A stretch of 64,000 nucleotides of DNA from Vicinamibacterales bacterium (lineage in GTDB: Bacteria; Acidobacteriota; Vicinamibacteria; Vicinamibacterales; SCN-69-37): the NCBI GenBank assembly GCA_038319675.1, contig JBBQDM010000001.1:166457-230456 (forward strand), read 5' to 3'. The position numbers and the translations under genes are program-made. The notes below the pieces were generated by a model. It was not told where the DNA came from. It made no database searches and saw only the letters and a program-made list of their open reading frames with translations. Shown here in pieces: positions 29,188 to 37,966 of the stretch (positions are counted from its first letter, which is position 1; every line of letters begins with the position of its first letter).

Positions 29188-29743
29188 GCGCCGCGAGCTC
29201 CCTGTCGATTTGTTCCTGAATCTGTTTCTTGCGCGCCTCTGTGCGCGCTTCAGACAACTCGCGGTACAGCCGTTTGACCGTCCACACGGTCGCGGTATTC
29301 ACCAGCCCCCACTGCAGCTGGTCCATGGCATTGATGCCCCCGGAGCTGTAGAGGTACTTCGGTGTGACCATGCCCAGAAACTCCGAGTGGGTCATACCCG
29401 CCCCGGGCACGGGGCCCATCGTGAGATTAAACCCCTTGCTGAACGCCGAGAAGCTCGGCGCCTTCTCCTCGGTCTGCGCATAAAACCTCAACCGGCCGTC
29501 GCCAAAGAGGTTGGGCATGACCGGCTCGGCCACACTCATGCGAATGCGGCTGAGGTCCAAGTCTGGCGGCAGCGTGGCGTCAGGTGGTGGAGTGGGTGTT
29601 GTGGGTGGGGGAGGGGTCTGCGCCCATGCATGCGACACCAGGCCTACGTCTCCAGCTAGGAGGAGGAGGAGGAGGACTGGACACGCGAGGGTTCTGATCG
29701 TCACAACAATAAGACGCACACGACCCTCCCAGAGCCTGATCAA
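29171..29743 (-). CDS. Hypothetical secreted protein with Pro/Thr-rich linker
   Basis: 190 aa. A hydrophobic Leu-run signal, then QTPPPPTTPTPPPD, then a domain of about 120 aa with no motif I recognise. Confidence 0.5.
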   Translation of the reverse strand: MIRLWEGRVRLIVVTIRTLACPVLLLLLLAGDVGLVSHAWAQTPPPPTTPTPPPDATLPPDLDLSRIRMSVAEPVMPNLFGDGRLRFYAQTEEKAPSFSAFSKGFNLTMGPVPGAGMTHSEFLGMVTPKYLYSSGGINAMDQLQWGLVNTATVWTVKRLYRELSEARTEARKKQIQEQIDRELAALKGGG

Positions 29744-29785
29744 GCAAGTCGGATGCCACCAGGCCTATGCCGCCTGGCGGGTGTT

Positions 29786-30265
29786 TCAGTCGATCAGCCC
29801 GTCAACCGCACCCCATGTGTCCCCATCAAGCACCAACAGGGTGTGCAAATACAACCGCACTGCCTCTGCGGGGAACCCGGCTTTGATGGCGGCCACGCCG
29901 GCCGCGACTTTCTCCGGCTCCGGCGTTTCCACCTCTTCGGCGGTGATCAGGCCGTTGTCGTGTTCAAGGCCCACCGCGTCGAGAAAGGCGGCCATCAACG
30001 GGCGTTCGGCGGTGAGGTGGTAGCCAATCAGGCCGCGTGTGGCCACGGCCTCCGACACGTCCGCCATGTTGGCCAGCAGCTTCGCCCGCCGCTCGGTCGA
30101 CAACTGCTGCACACTTTTGGGTCTGAAATTCAGCTTCCGGGCGAGGGTCACAATCACCTCAACCTGCTGATCCAGGCCGTGTTCATCCTCCCAGAAGGCC
30201 GTGGCGGCGACCAGGCGCTTTTCGGGGGGCATCTCTTTCCACAAAACAGACGGGCGTACGGACAT
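29786..30265 (-). CDS. Hypothetical protein
   Basis: 159 aa with coding-like composition, no signal peptide and no recognisable motif. Confidence 0.5.
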   Translation of the reverse strand: MSVRPSVLWKEMPPEKRLVAATAFWEDEHGLDQQVEVIVTLARKLNFRPKSVQQLSTERRAKLLANMADVSEAVATRGLIGYHLTAERPLMAAFLDAVGLEHDNGLITAEEVETPEPEKVAAGVAAIKAGFPAEAVRLYLHTLLVLDGDTWGAVDGLID

Positions 30266-30317
30266 CCACCAATGTTACTGCTTGACCCGCGGCCCCGGTC
30301 ATGCGACCGTGTCCGCC

Positions 30318-31946
30318 ATGCGAAAAGTCTCTCGTCGCGACTTCACGAAAACGGCCGCGCTCACCGGTGCCGGCTTTGTCATCGTTCCGCGCTCGGTGCT
30401 CGGCCGTGGATTTCAGGCGCCCAGCGATGTGCTCAACATTGCCACCGTCGGTATCGGTGGCATGGGCGGCAGCAACACCCAGGCCGTCATGAGTCAGAAC
30501 ATCGTGGCCTTGTGTGATGTCGACGACGTGTTGATGGAGCGACGTCTGGCGGGATGGCGCGACAGGATTTATCCGATACCCGCACCGCCGGCTGCGGCAG
30601 GGACGGGTGGCGGTGGACGTCAGGGTGGCGGGGGCGGTGGTGCGGCGCAGGCACCCGCGCGTCCGACCTGGCAGAACTTTGGCCGGTCACAGATGCAGAC
30701 GGCCGCCGACGCCAAGTGGAAGCAGGAGCCTGGCGACGTCCATCTGGAGAAGTTCGTTGATCAGCAGATGAAACGTGTGGTGCGGTATCGCGACTACCGC
30801 GAGATGCTCGAGAAACAGAAAGATATCGACGCGATCATCGTGGCGACGCCCGATCACATGCACGCGGTGATCGCATCCAACGCGATGGACCTCGGCAAAC
30901 ATGTGTACGTGCAGAAGCCCCTGTGCTGGTCGGTGCACGAAGCGCGGCACCTGGCGCAGAAGGCGGAGGCCACCAAAGTTGTGACGCAGATGGGCAACCA
31001 GGGGCATTCGCAGGATGACGCCCGCCGCGGTCAGGAGTACCTCAAGGCCGGGGTCATTGGCGACATCACCGAAGTGCATGTGTGGACGAATCGGCCGCTG
31101 GCATTCTGGCCGCAGGGCATCCCGCGTCCGAATCCGATGACCGGCAATCCTCCGACGAACTGGAACAATACCGCGATCACGCGACGGCTGGCGGCGACGA
31201 TGGCCGGCGAGGGTGTGACCAAGCCGAACAGCCTGCAGTGGGATCTGTTCCTGGGCGTGGCGCCTGATGTGGACTATCACCCCGTGTATCACCCCTTCAA
31301 CTGGCGCGGGTGGGTCGATTGGGGCCAGGGTGCCCTCGGCGACATGGGCGCGCATCTGATCGACCACCCGTTCTGGGGGCTCGAGCTCGGCTCGCCGACC
31401 GTCATCGAGACAATGTCCACGCCGTTCGAGCGACGCCCGCAGGCGGGGCTGGCCAGTTACCCGCTCGCCACGAGCACGCACTTCACATTTCCGGCACGCG
31501 GCAATCGGCCGGCCGTCAAGATGGTGTGGTACGACGGAGGGCTCACGCCGCCGAAGCCGGAGGAGATTGGCGACGACGCGCTTGAAGGGGAGGGCGGCAT
31601 TCTCTACATCGGCACCAAGGGCAAGATGTTGCAGAACACGTACGGGGCGCGGCCGCGGTTGTTGCCGCTGGAGATGCACAACAGCTACGGTCCACCCCCG
31701 GAGTCGATTGCCCGCATTCCGCATCAGTCGCACGAAATGAACTGGGTGAATGCGATCAAAGGCACTGATACCATCTCGTGTCCGTTCTCCTACGCGGCGC
31801 CCCTCACGGAAGTGATGCTGCTTGGCATTGTGTCCCTTCGCGCCAACTCGAAAATTCACTACGACGCGGCCAACATGCGCGTGACCAACAACGACAACGC
31901 GAATCAATTCCTCACGCGTCAGTATCGGGAAGGGTATTCACTATGA
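30318..31946 (+). CDS. Tat-exported Gfo/Idh/MocA-family oxidoreductase
   Basis: ORF trimmed to MRKVSRRDFTKTAALTGAGFVIV (twin-arginine). Rossmann motif NIATVGIGGMGG. Contains a Gly-rich insert GTGGGGRQGGGGGGAAQ. Confidence 0.8.
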   Translation: MRKVSRRDFTKTAALTGAGFVIVPRSVLGRGFQAPSDVLNIATVGIGGMGGSNTQAVMSQNIVALCDVDDVLMERRLAGWRDRIYPIPAPPAAAGTGGGGRQGGGGGGAAQAPARPTWQNFGRSQMQTAADAKWKQEPGDVHLEKFVDQQMKRVVRYRDYREMLEKQKDIDAIIVATPDHMHAVIASNAMDLGKHVYVQKPLCWSVHEARHLAQKAEATKVVTQMGNQGHSQDDARRGQEYLKAGVIGDITEVHVWTNRPLAFWPQGIPRPNPMTGNPPTNWNNTAITRRLAATMAGEGVTKPNSLQWDLFLGVAPDVDYHPVYHPFNWRGWVDWGQGALGDMGAHLIDHPFWGLELGSPTVIETMSTPFERRPQAGLASYPLATSTHFTFPARGNRPAVKMVWYDGGLTPPKPEEIGDDALEGEGGILYIGTKGKMLQNTYGARPRLLPLEMHNSYGPPPESIARIPHQSHEMNWVNAIKGTDTISCPFSYAAPLTEVMLLGIVSLRANSKIHYDAANMRVTNNDNANQFLTRQYREGYSL

Positions 31947-32617
31947 AGACCGCCGTCTCCACGATCACAGCGTTGGTGGTGGCACTGTTGGCGACGTTGT
32001 CGGGGCACGCGACCCAGCCGCAGTGGGTGTCGCTGTTCGACGGCCAGACGATCGCACACTGGCGCGGGTTCAAGATGGCCACCGTGCCTGATGGGTGGCG
32101 AGTGGAAGAAGGGGCGATCACCTGGACGGGTGGTACGCCTGTGGATCTTGTAAGCCGAGAGCAGTACGCCAATTTCGAGTTCGAATTTGACTGGAAGCTT
32201 CCACCGCGCGGCAACAGCGGCATCATGTTTCGCGTGACCGAGGAGCTCGACCGCACGTATCACAGCGGCCCCGAGTACCAGATTCTGCACGATGCGGGCC
32301 ATCGCGACGGCAACAATCCGCTGACGTCGGTCGGCGCAAACTACGCCATGCACGCCCCGACACGCGACGCCAGCAAACCCGTTGGTGAGTGGAACACCGG
32401 GCGACTGGTGGTCAATGGCACACACGTGGAGCATTGGCTTAATGGGGAGAAGGTGGTGGAGTACGAGCTGCACGGTCCGGAGTGGACCGCGCTGATGCTC
32501 GCCAGCAAGTTCAAGGAGTGGCCGCGGTACGGCCGTGAAGCCCGCGGCCACATCGTGCTGCAGGAACACGGCGCTCGCGTCCAGTACCGCCACTTGAGAA
32601 TCAAGGTCCTTCCGTAA
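31943..32617 (+). CDS. DUF1080 (3-keto-disaccharide hydrolase family) secreted protein
   Basis: ORF trimmed to [27 protein letters not shown] overlap with the upstream gene. WVSLFDG ... NSGIMFRV ... EYQILHD ... VLQEHG ... YRHLRIKVL. Confidence 0.8.
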   Translation: MKTAVSTITALVVALLATLSGHATQPQWVSLFDGQTIAHWRGFKMATVPDGWRVEEGAITWTGGTPVDLVSREQYANFEFEFDWKLPPRGNSGIMFRVTEELDRTYHSGPEYQILHDAGHRDGNNPLTSVGANYAMHAPTRDASKPVGEWNTGRLVVNGTHVEHWLNGEKVVEYELHGPEWTALMLASKFKEWPRYGREARGHIVLQEHGARVQYRHLRIKVLP

Positions 32618-33822
32618 TGAGTACGCGCACCAAACTCTCCATCATGATGTTCCTCCAGTACTTCATCTGGGGGGCGTGGTTTGTCACCATGGGCACGTAT
32701 CTGGGGCAGACGCTGGGATTCAGCGGTGCGCAGATTGGGAACGCGTACGGGGCGACCGCGATCGCGGCGCTGTTGTCGCCGTTCACCGTCGGGATTCTCG
32801 CCGATCGGTTTTTTGCGTCCGAGAAGCTGTTGGCGGTGTTGCATTTGATGGGTGGCGTCGTGATGTGGTTTGTGGCGCAGCAAACAGAGTGGGCCACGTT
32901 TTTCCCGCTGCTCATCGTGTACGCCCTCTGTTACATGCCGACGTTGTCGCTGACCAACTCGGTGGCGTTCCATCATGTGCAGGACTCAGCCAGGGACTTT
33001 CCGATCATTCGCGTACTCGGCACTATCGGCTGGATCGTGGCCGGGATCGTTGTCGGTCGGTACCTGCAGGCGGACGCGCTGAACCTGCCGATGCAGCTCG
33101 CGGCCGGGGCGTCGATCGTGATGGGGCTGTTCTCGTTCCTGTTGCCGCACACGCCACCCAAGGCGGCCGGCGCACCGTTTTCGGTGCGTGACGCGCTTGG
33201 TCTTGATGCGCTCGTGTTGCTGAAGGACCGGTCGTTTCTGGTATTCGTGATCGGGTCGTTCCTGCTGTGTGTGCCGCTGCAGTTCTACTATGCGTTCACC
33301 AACGTCTATCTCAACGAGATCGGGGTGCCGCAGGCCGCCTTCATTCAGACGTTCGGCCAGATGAGTGAAATTCTATTCATGGTGATGTTGCCGCTGCTGC
33401 TCACGCGGCTCGGCATCAAACGCATCATGCTGATTGGCATGTTGGCCTGGGCGCTGCGGTATGTGGCGTTTGGCTACGGCGATGCCGGCAGCGGCATGTA
33501 CCTTATTTATATCGGCATTGTGCTGCACGGCATCTGCTATGACTTCTTCTTTGTGAGCGGCCAAATCTACACCGACCAGCAGGCCGGTCCGAAGGTGCGC
33601 GCCGCCGCGCAGGGGTTCCTGAACTTTGTCACGAACGGCATCGGCTACTTCATTGGGGCCTTCGTCTCCGGTCAGGTGGTGGATGCGTATTTGTTGGCGG
33701 ACGGCTCCCACGACTGGCGATCGATCTGGATGGTGCCGGCGATCGCCTCGGCTGTCATTCTCGTGATCTTCGCATTCGCGTTCTCACCGAAGTCTTCACC
33801 GAAGAATACGGTGAACACTTAG
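32617..33822 (+). CDS. MFS transporter of the NupG/XapB nucleoside:H+ symporter family
   Basis: 401 aa. TAATG overlap with the upstream gene. N-terminus [24 protein letters not shown] ... GILADRF closely parallels E. coli NupG. Confidence 0.8.
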   Translation: MSTRTKLSIMMFLQYFIWGAWFVTMGTYLGQTLGFSGAQIGNAYGATAIAALLSPFTVGILADRFFASEKLLAVLHLMGGVVMWFVAQQTEWATFFPLLIVYALCYMPTLSLTNSVAFHHVQDSARDFPIIRVLGTIGWIVAGIVVGRYLQADALNLPMQLAAGASIVMGLFSFLLPHTPPKAAGAPFSVRDALGLDALVLLKDRSFLVFVIGSFLLCVPLQFYYAFTNVYLNEIGVPQAAFIQTFGQMSEILFMVMLPLLLTRLGIKRIMLIGMLAWALRYVAFGYGDAGSGMYLIYIGIVLHGICYDFFFVSGQIYTDQQAGPKVRAAAQGFLNFVTNGIGYFIGAFVSGQVVDAYLLADGSHDWRSIWMVPAIASAVILVIFAFAFSPKSSPKNTVNT

Positions 33823-33842
33823 CGGTTTCCGCTAGTTTGTTG
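33820..33842 (+). terminator. Weak candidate intrinsic terminator
   Basis: TAGCGG-ttt-CCGCTA (6-bp stem, 3-nt loop) starts in the stop codon and is followed by GTTTGTTG. Confidence 0.3.
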
Positions 33843-33978
33843 CATTGAGCACTGATCCGGGTTGCATCTTCGGCCGTATTCTGTTCCGATCAAGAGGTTC
33901 TACTTTTTGATCGAGCGGCAATCCCGCGCCCACGCGCGGATGAGTGGGTGCGTGGCCTCTCGTAATTTCCCGAGGCTC

Positions 33979-35658
33979 ATGACGCACACAACATCCGACC
34001 CACTCTCATCACGTTCATCCACCCCTGTCGTGCCGCACCTGGATGTGCTCTGGAAGCGCGCCTACGGCGCCCGCACCCGCGATGACCTGCGCGAACTCTA
34101 CAAGGACTGGGCGGCCACCTACGATGCGGACCACGCTCGTGTCGGGTTCGTCGGACATCAAGTGACCGCCCAGGTGCTGGCCAGACATCTGACGCGCCAT
34201 GATGCCGCTCGCATTCTTGATGCGGGTGCCGGCACCGGTGCTGCGGGTGAAGCCTTGTCGGCACTGGGTTTTACCAACATCGTGGGACTCGATTTGAGCG
34301 AAGACATGTTGGCCGTCGCCGGTGCCAAAGGCGTGTACACACAGGTGATGACCGCCGACTTGTCGTTGCCGGTCGACGCGTTTGGTGTGGACAGTTTTGA
34401 CGCGGCTGTGCTTGTCGGTGTGTTTTCCTACGGTCAGGCGCCGGCCGAAACACTCGACGAAATTGTCCGGCTTGTGCGTCCTGGCGGTGTGGTGGCCTTC
34501 ACCATGCGCACGGACTTCCACACGAAGGACGCCATGGGCGTGCGTTCCAAGATCGAGTCACTCGAACGGCGCGGCATCTGGCGCATGCTCGAAGTCACCG
34601 ACCCAGCGCTGTATCTGCCGAAGAAGGACCCGGACGCGAAGTTTCAGGTGTGGTGTTTCCGGATCACCGGTCACAAGGACGCCGAAGTGGAATCGGGTTT
34701 TGAGGACGCCGTGCGCGAGGCACTCGAGGGTGATGACTGGGTCAAGAAGATCGATCACGCCTGGATCTGGGACTCCACTGCCTCGCGCCTGTACAACCGG
34801 TACACACAGACGTCCGGCTACTACCTGACCGATTGCGAAGAGGAGATCGTGCGCAGTCACGCTGCCGACATTCTCGGTGATGCGCGGCTGATCGTGGAGC
34901 TCGGCTGTGGCTCGGCGCGCAAGGTGTCACACATCCTGCGGGCGGCTGTTGAGCGCGGTGAACGCGTTCGGTACATGCCAATCGACGTGTCGGAGGGGGC
35001 GCTGCGGGCGACTGCCGCCGACGTACGCGCGAAGTTTGGTGATCGCGTTGAGGTGGAGCCTCGTCAGGGTCTGTTTGAGGCGGTGTTGCCGACATTGCCG
35101 GTGGACGTGCCCAAGGTCGTGCTCTTTTTTGGCTCCTCGATCGGCAACCTCGACACGGTGGCAGAGACAGTGACGTTCCTCGAAGGCCTGCGCAGTCGGC
35201 TGCATGCTGCCGACCGATTCGTAGTGGGCGTTGACCTGCACAAGGACCCGGCGGTGCTTGAGGAGGCCTACAACGAAGAGGAAGCCTGTCGCGCCTTCTT
35301 TGTACACATGGTGCGGCGCATCAACGAACACCTCGGTGCTGACTTCGACCCTCGGGTGTTTGCCCTGTCGTCGGTGTACGAAGAAGAGACGCCTGTCGGT
35401 GAGCTGCGCACACGCCGCATGAGTCTGCGCATCGCTCCCACCGAGCCCCAGCGCACCTGGGTGAACACACTCGGCATCGAGGTGTATCTCAAACCCGGTC
35501 AACCGGTGCAGGTGGGCATCTCGCGCAAGTACGAGCCCTCAGGCATCCGTGCGCTGGCGCGTATGGCGTCGTTCGACACACGTCGGCAGTGGCTCGACTC
35601 GCGGCAATGGTTCTCGCTCACGGAATTGGTGCCTGCAGCGACAGAGCCGACGCCGTGA
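33979..35658 (+). CDS. Fusion of a class I SAM-dependent methyltransferase (N-terminal) with an EgtD-like amino-acid N-methyltransferase (C-terminal)
   Basis: ORF trimmed to MTHTTSD (GAGG 3 nt upstream). N-domain ILDAGAGTGAAGEAL (motif I). C-domain LIVELGCGSARK, YMPIDVS, VLFFGSSIGNLD, VGVDLHKD and ISRKY parallel the EgtD/Methyltransf_33 architecture. Confidence 0.7.
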   Translation: MTHTTSDPLSSRSSTPVVPHLDVLWKRAYGARTRDDLRELYKDWAATYDADHARVGFVGHQVTAQVLARHLTRHDAARILDAGAGTGAAGEALSALGFTNIVGLDLSEDMLAVAGAKGVYTQVMTADLSLPVDAFGVDSFDAAVLVGVFSYGQAPAETLDEIVRLVRPGGVVAFTMRTDFHTKDAMGVRSKIESLERRGIWRMLEVTDPALYLPKKDPDAKFQVWCFRITGHKDAEVESGFEDAVREALEGDDWVKKIDHAWIWDSTASRLYNRYTQTSGYYLTDCEEEIVRSHAADILGDARLIVELGCGSARKVSHILRAAVERGERVRYMPIDVSEGALRATAADVRAKFGDRVEVEPRQGLFEAVLPTLPVDVPKVVLFFGSSIGNLDTVAETVTFLEGLRSRLHAADRFVVGVDLHKDPAVLEEAYNEEEACRAFFVHMVRRINEHLGADFDPRVFALSSVYEEETPVGELRTRRMSLRIAPTEPQRTWVNTLGIEVYLKPGQPVQVGISRKYEPSGIRALARMASFDTRRQWLDSRQWFSLTELVPAATEPTP

Positions 35659-36407
35659 TTCGACTCGAGGCCGTCTCCAAGGTGTTTACGCGTCAGGGCG
35701 GTGACCCGGTCACCGCTCTTGACGCGTTGTCTCTCGACATCCGGACCGGTGAAACACTGGCCCTGCTCGGACCCAGCGGATGTGGCAAAACCACCACGCT
35801 GCGACTGCTCAATCGACTCGTTGAGCCCAGCGACGGCCGCATCCTGGTGGGCGACGAAGACACCGCCACGCTTGATCCTGTGCGACTCCGTCGACGCATG
35901 GGGTACGTCGTGCAACGCGGCGGTCTGTTTCCGCACTTGACCGTCGCCCGTAACATTACGCTCCTGCCCGAGTTGGAAGGCTGGACGCGCGAGAGGATGT
36001 CGGCACGGGTCAACGAACTGTTGACACTTGTGCGCCTGCCGCCCGATCAGTTTCGCAACAGGTACCCGGCGGAACTGTCGGGTGGTCAGCAACAACGTGT
36101 CGGCGTGGCACGTGCCCTGGCACTCGATCCGGAATTCCTGCTGATGGACGAACCGTTTGGGGCTCTCGATCCCATCACACGCGCCGAGCTGCAGCAGGAG
36201 TTTCTGGAACTCGACTCCCTGATCGCCAAAACCGTGGTGCTAGTCAGTCACGACCTTGCCGAAGCGTTTTTATTGGGTGATCGCGTCGCGCTGCTCAACC
36301 ACGGTCGCCTGGTGCAGGTGGACACGCCTGATGACCTGCGGCAGCGCCCGGCCTCGGATTGGGTCCGGTCCTTTGTGCAGAGCCAGTTGGCGGATGTGGG
36401 CGCGTGA
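35655..36407 (+). CDS. ABC transporter ATP-binding protein, glycine betaine/osmoprotectant (Opu) type, no CBS tail
   Basis: GTG 35655 overlaps the upstream TGA (GTGA). Walker A GPSGCGKTT, signature LSGGQQQRV, Walker B LLMDEPFGALD. Confidence 0.85.
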   Translation: MIRLEAVSKVFTRQGGDPVTALDALSLDIRTGETLALLGPSGCGKTTTLRLLNRLVEPSDGRILVGDEDTATLDPVRLRRRMGYVVQRGGLFPHLTVARNITLLPELEGWTRERMSARVNELLTLVRLPPDQFRNRYPAELSGGQQQRVGVARALALDPEFLLMDEPFGALDPITRAELQQEFLELDSLIAKTVVLVSHDLAEAFLLGDRVALLNHGRLVQVDTPDDLRQRPASDWVRSFVQSQLADVGA

Positions 36408-37966
36408 TGGCGACGAGGATGCGACACGTGTGGCTCGCCATCGCAGTCGCGCTCTGCGTAGCCACACCTTCCGCACAGACTCCCTCAACCATCGTCATCG
36501 GCAGCAAAAACTTCACCGAGTCGCGCATTCTTGGGGAGATGCTCGCGTTGCTCGTCGAAGACCGCACCGACCTGACGGTGGAACACCGCAGCGGTCTGGG
36601 TGGCACACTTGTGTGTTTTGCGGCCCTGCAGGCCGGCGAGATTGATCTCTATCCCGAATACACCGGCACCGCCTGGTCCATCGTCCTGAAAGAGTCCGGG
36701 CGCATCAGCGATCGGTTGCAGGCGTTCCTGCACGTTGAGCGGCGGTATCGCGAGTTGTATGACCTTGAATGGTTGCAGCCGTTTGGCCTGAACAATACCT
36801 ACGCGCTGGCCATGCGGGAGGACCGCGCCGAGGCGCTGGGTGTGACGACGATCTCGGACTTGGTGGCGCATGCGGGTGAGCTGTCGGCGGGATTCAGCAT
36901 CGAGTTCATGAACCGCGAGGACGGGTGGTCGGGTCTGGGCCCGTTCTACGATCTGTCGCTCGGGCAGGTGCGTGCGCTGGAGCATGGGCTGGCGTATGAG
37001 GCCATCAACGCCGGCAGTATCGATGTGGTTGACGCGTATTCGACCGACGGCAAGTTGCTACGGTACCCGCTGCGGGTGCTGGTGGACGACAAGGGATTTT
37101 TTCCGCCGTACAACGCCGCGACCGTCGTGCGGGGAGATACGCTGCGTGCACACGAAGGTTTGCGTGAGGCTCTCGATGCGTTGGCGTTCCGCATTCCGGA
37201 CGACACGATGATTAGGCTCAACCATGCGGTGGAAGAGGAAGGCCGTGGCTTCCGCGAGGTGGCGCGGGAGTTTCTCGTGGCCGAGGGTCTCCTGGGAGCC
37301 GACGTGGCCCTCACAGATGACGGCACCGCAGACCGGGCGACGTTCGTGGCCTTTCTCCGTGGGCGCTGGAGTGAGACGCTTCGACTGGGATGGCAACATC
37401 TGCAGTTGACGCTGGCGGCCGTGTTGCTGGCGGTGCTTGTCGCGGTGCCGCTGGGTATCGCGATCACGCGCAGCCGAGTGGGCGAACGCATCGCTCTTGG
37501 CACCGCCGGTGTGCTGCAGACAATTCCAAGCCTCGCGCTGCTCGCCTTCATGATTTCAGTGCCCGGTCTCGGCCTCTCCGTCACCTCGGCCATCGTCGCG
37601 CTCTTTTTGTATGCGGTGTTGCCGATTCTGCGCAATACCCATACGGGACTCAACAGCGTAGACCCGGAGTTGCTGGATGCCGCGCGTGGGATGGGCCTCA
37701 CGCCTCGACAGATGTTGTTCCGCGTGCAATTGCCGATGTCGCTGCGCACGATCATGGCCGGCGTACGAACTGCGACCGTGATCAGCATCGGCGTCGCGAC
37801 GCTCGCGGCGTTCATTGGGGCGGGTGGTCTCGGCGAGCCAATCGTCACCGGCCTCTATCTCAACGACACGTGGTTGATTCTATCGGGTGCCATACCTGCG
37901 GCCGCGCTGGCACTCGCGGCTGATGCGTTGCTGGGTCGCATCGAGAAACGCTGGATGACTCACTAG
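36407..37966 (+). CDS. Fused osmoprotectant substrate-binding domain (N-terminal) and ABC permease (C-terminal)
   Basis: The ATG overlaps the upstream TGA (TGATG). Signal/anchor MATRMRHVWLAIAVALCVATPSAQ. OpuAC-type SBP motifs IGSKNFTES and YPEYTGT. C-terminal BPD-type permease (EAA-like loop DAARGMGLTPRQ). Confidence 0.8.
   Translation: MATRMRHVWLAIAVALCVATPSAQTPSTIVIGSKNFTESRILGEMLALLVEDRTDLTVEHRSGLGGTLVCFAALQAGEIDLYPEYTGTAWSIVLKESGRISDRLQAFLHVERRYRELYDLEWLQPFGLNNTYALAMREDRAEALGVTTISDLVAHAGELSAGFSIEFMNREDGWSGLGPFYDLSLGQVRALEHGLAYEAINAGSIDVVDAYSTDGKLLRYPLRVLVDDKGFFPPYNAATVVRGDTLRAHEGLREALDALAFRIPDDTMIRLNHAVEEEGRGFREVAREFLVAEGLLGADVALTDDGTADRATFVAFLRGRWSETLRLGWQHLQLTLAAVLLAVLVAVPLGIAITRSRVGERIALGTAGVLQTIPSLALLAFMISVPGLGLSVTSAIVALFLYAVLPILRNTHTGLNSVDPELLDAARGMGLTPRQMLFRVQLPMSLRTIMAGVRTATVISIGVATLAAFIGAGGLGEPIVTGLYLNDTWLILSGAIPAAALALAADALLGRIEKRWMTH

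Noticed and set aside
29640-29665. (GGA)n trinucleotide run
   Set aside because: It encodes the Leu-run (LLLLLL) of a signal peptide on the minus strand. The period is a multiple of three, so there is no frameshift potential.
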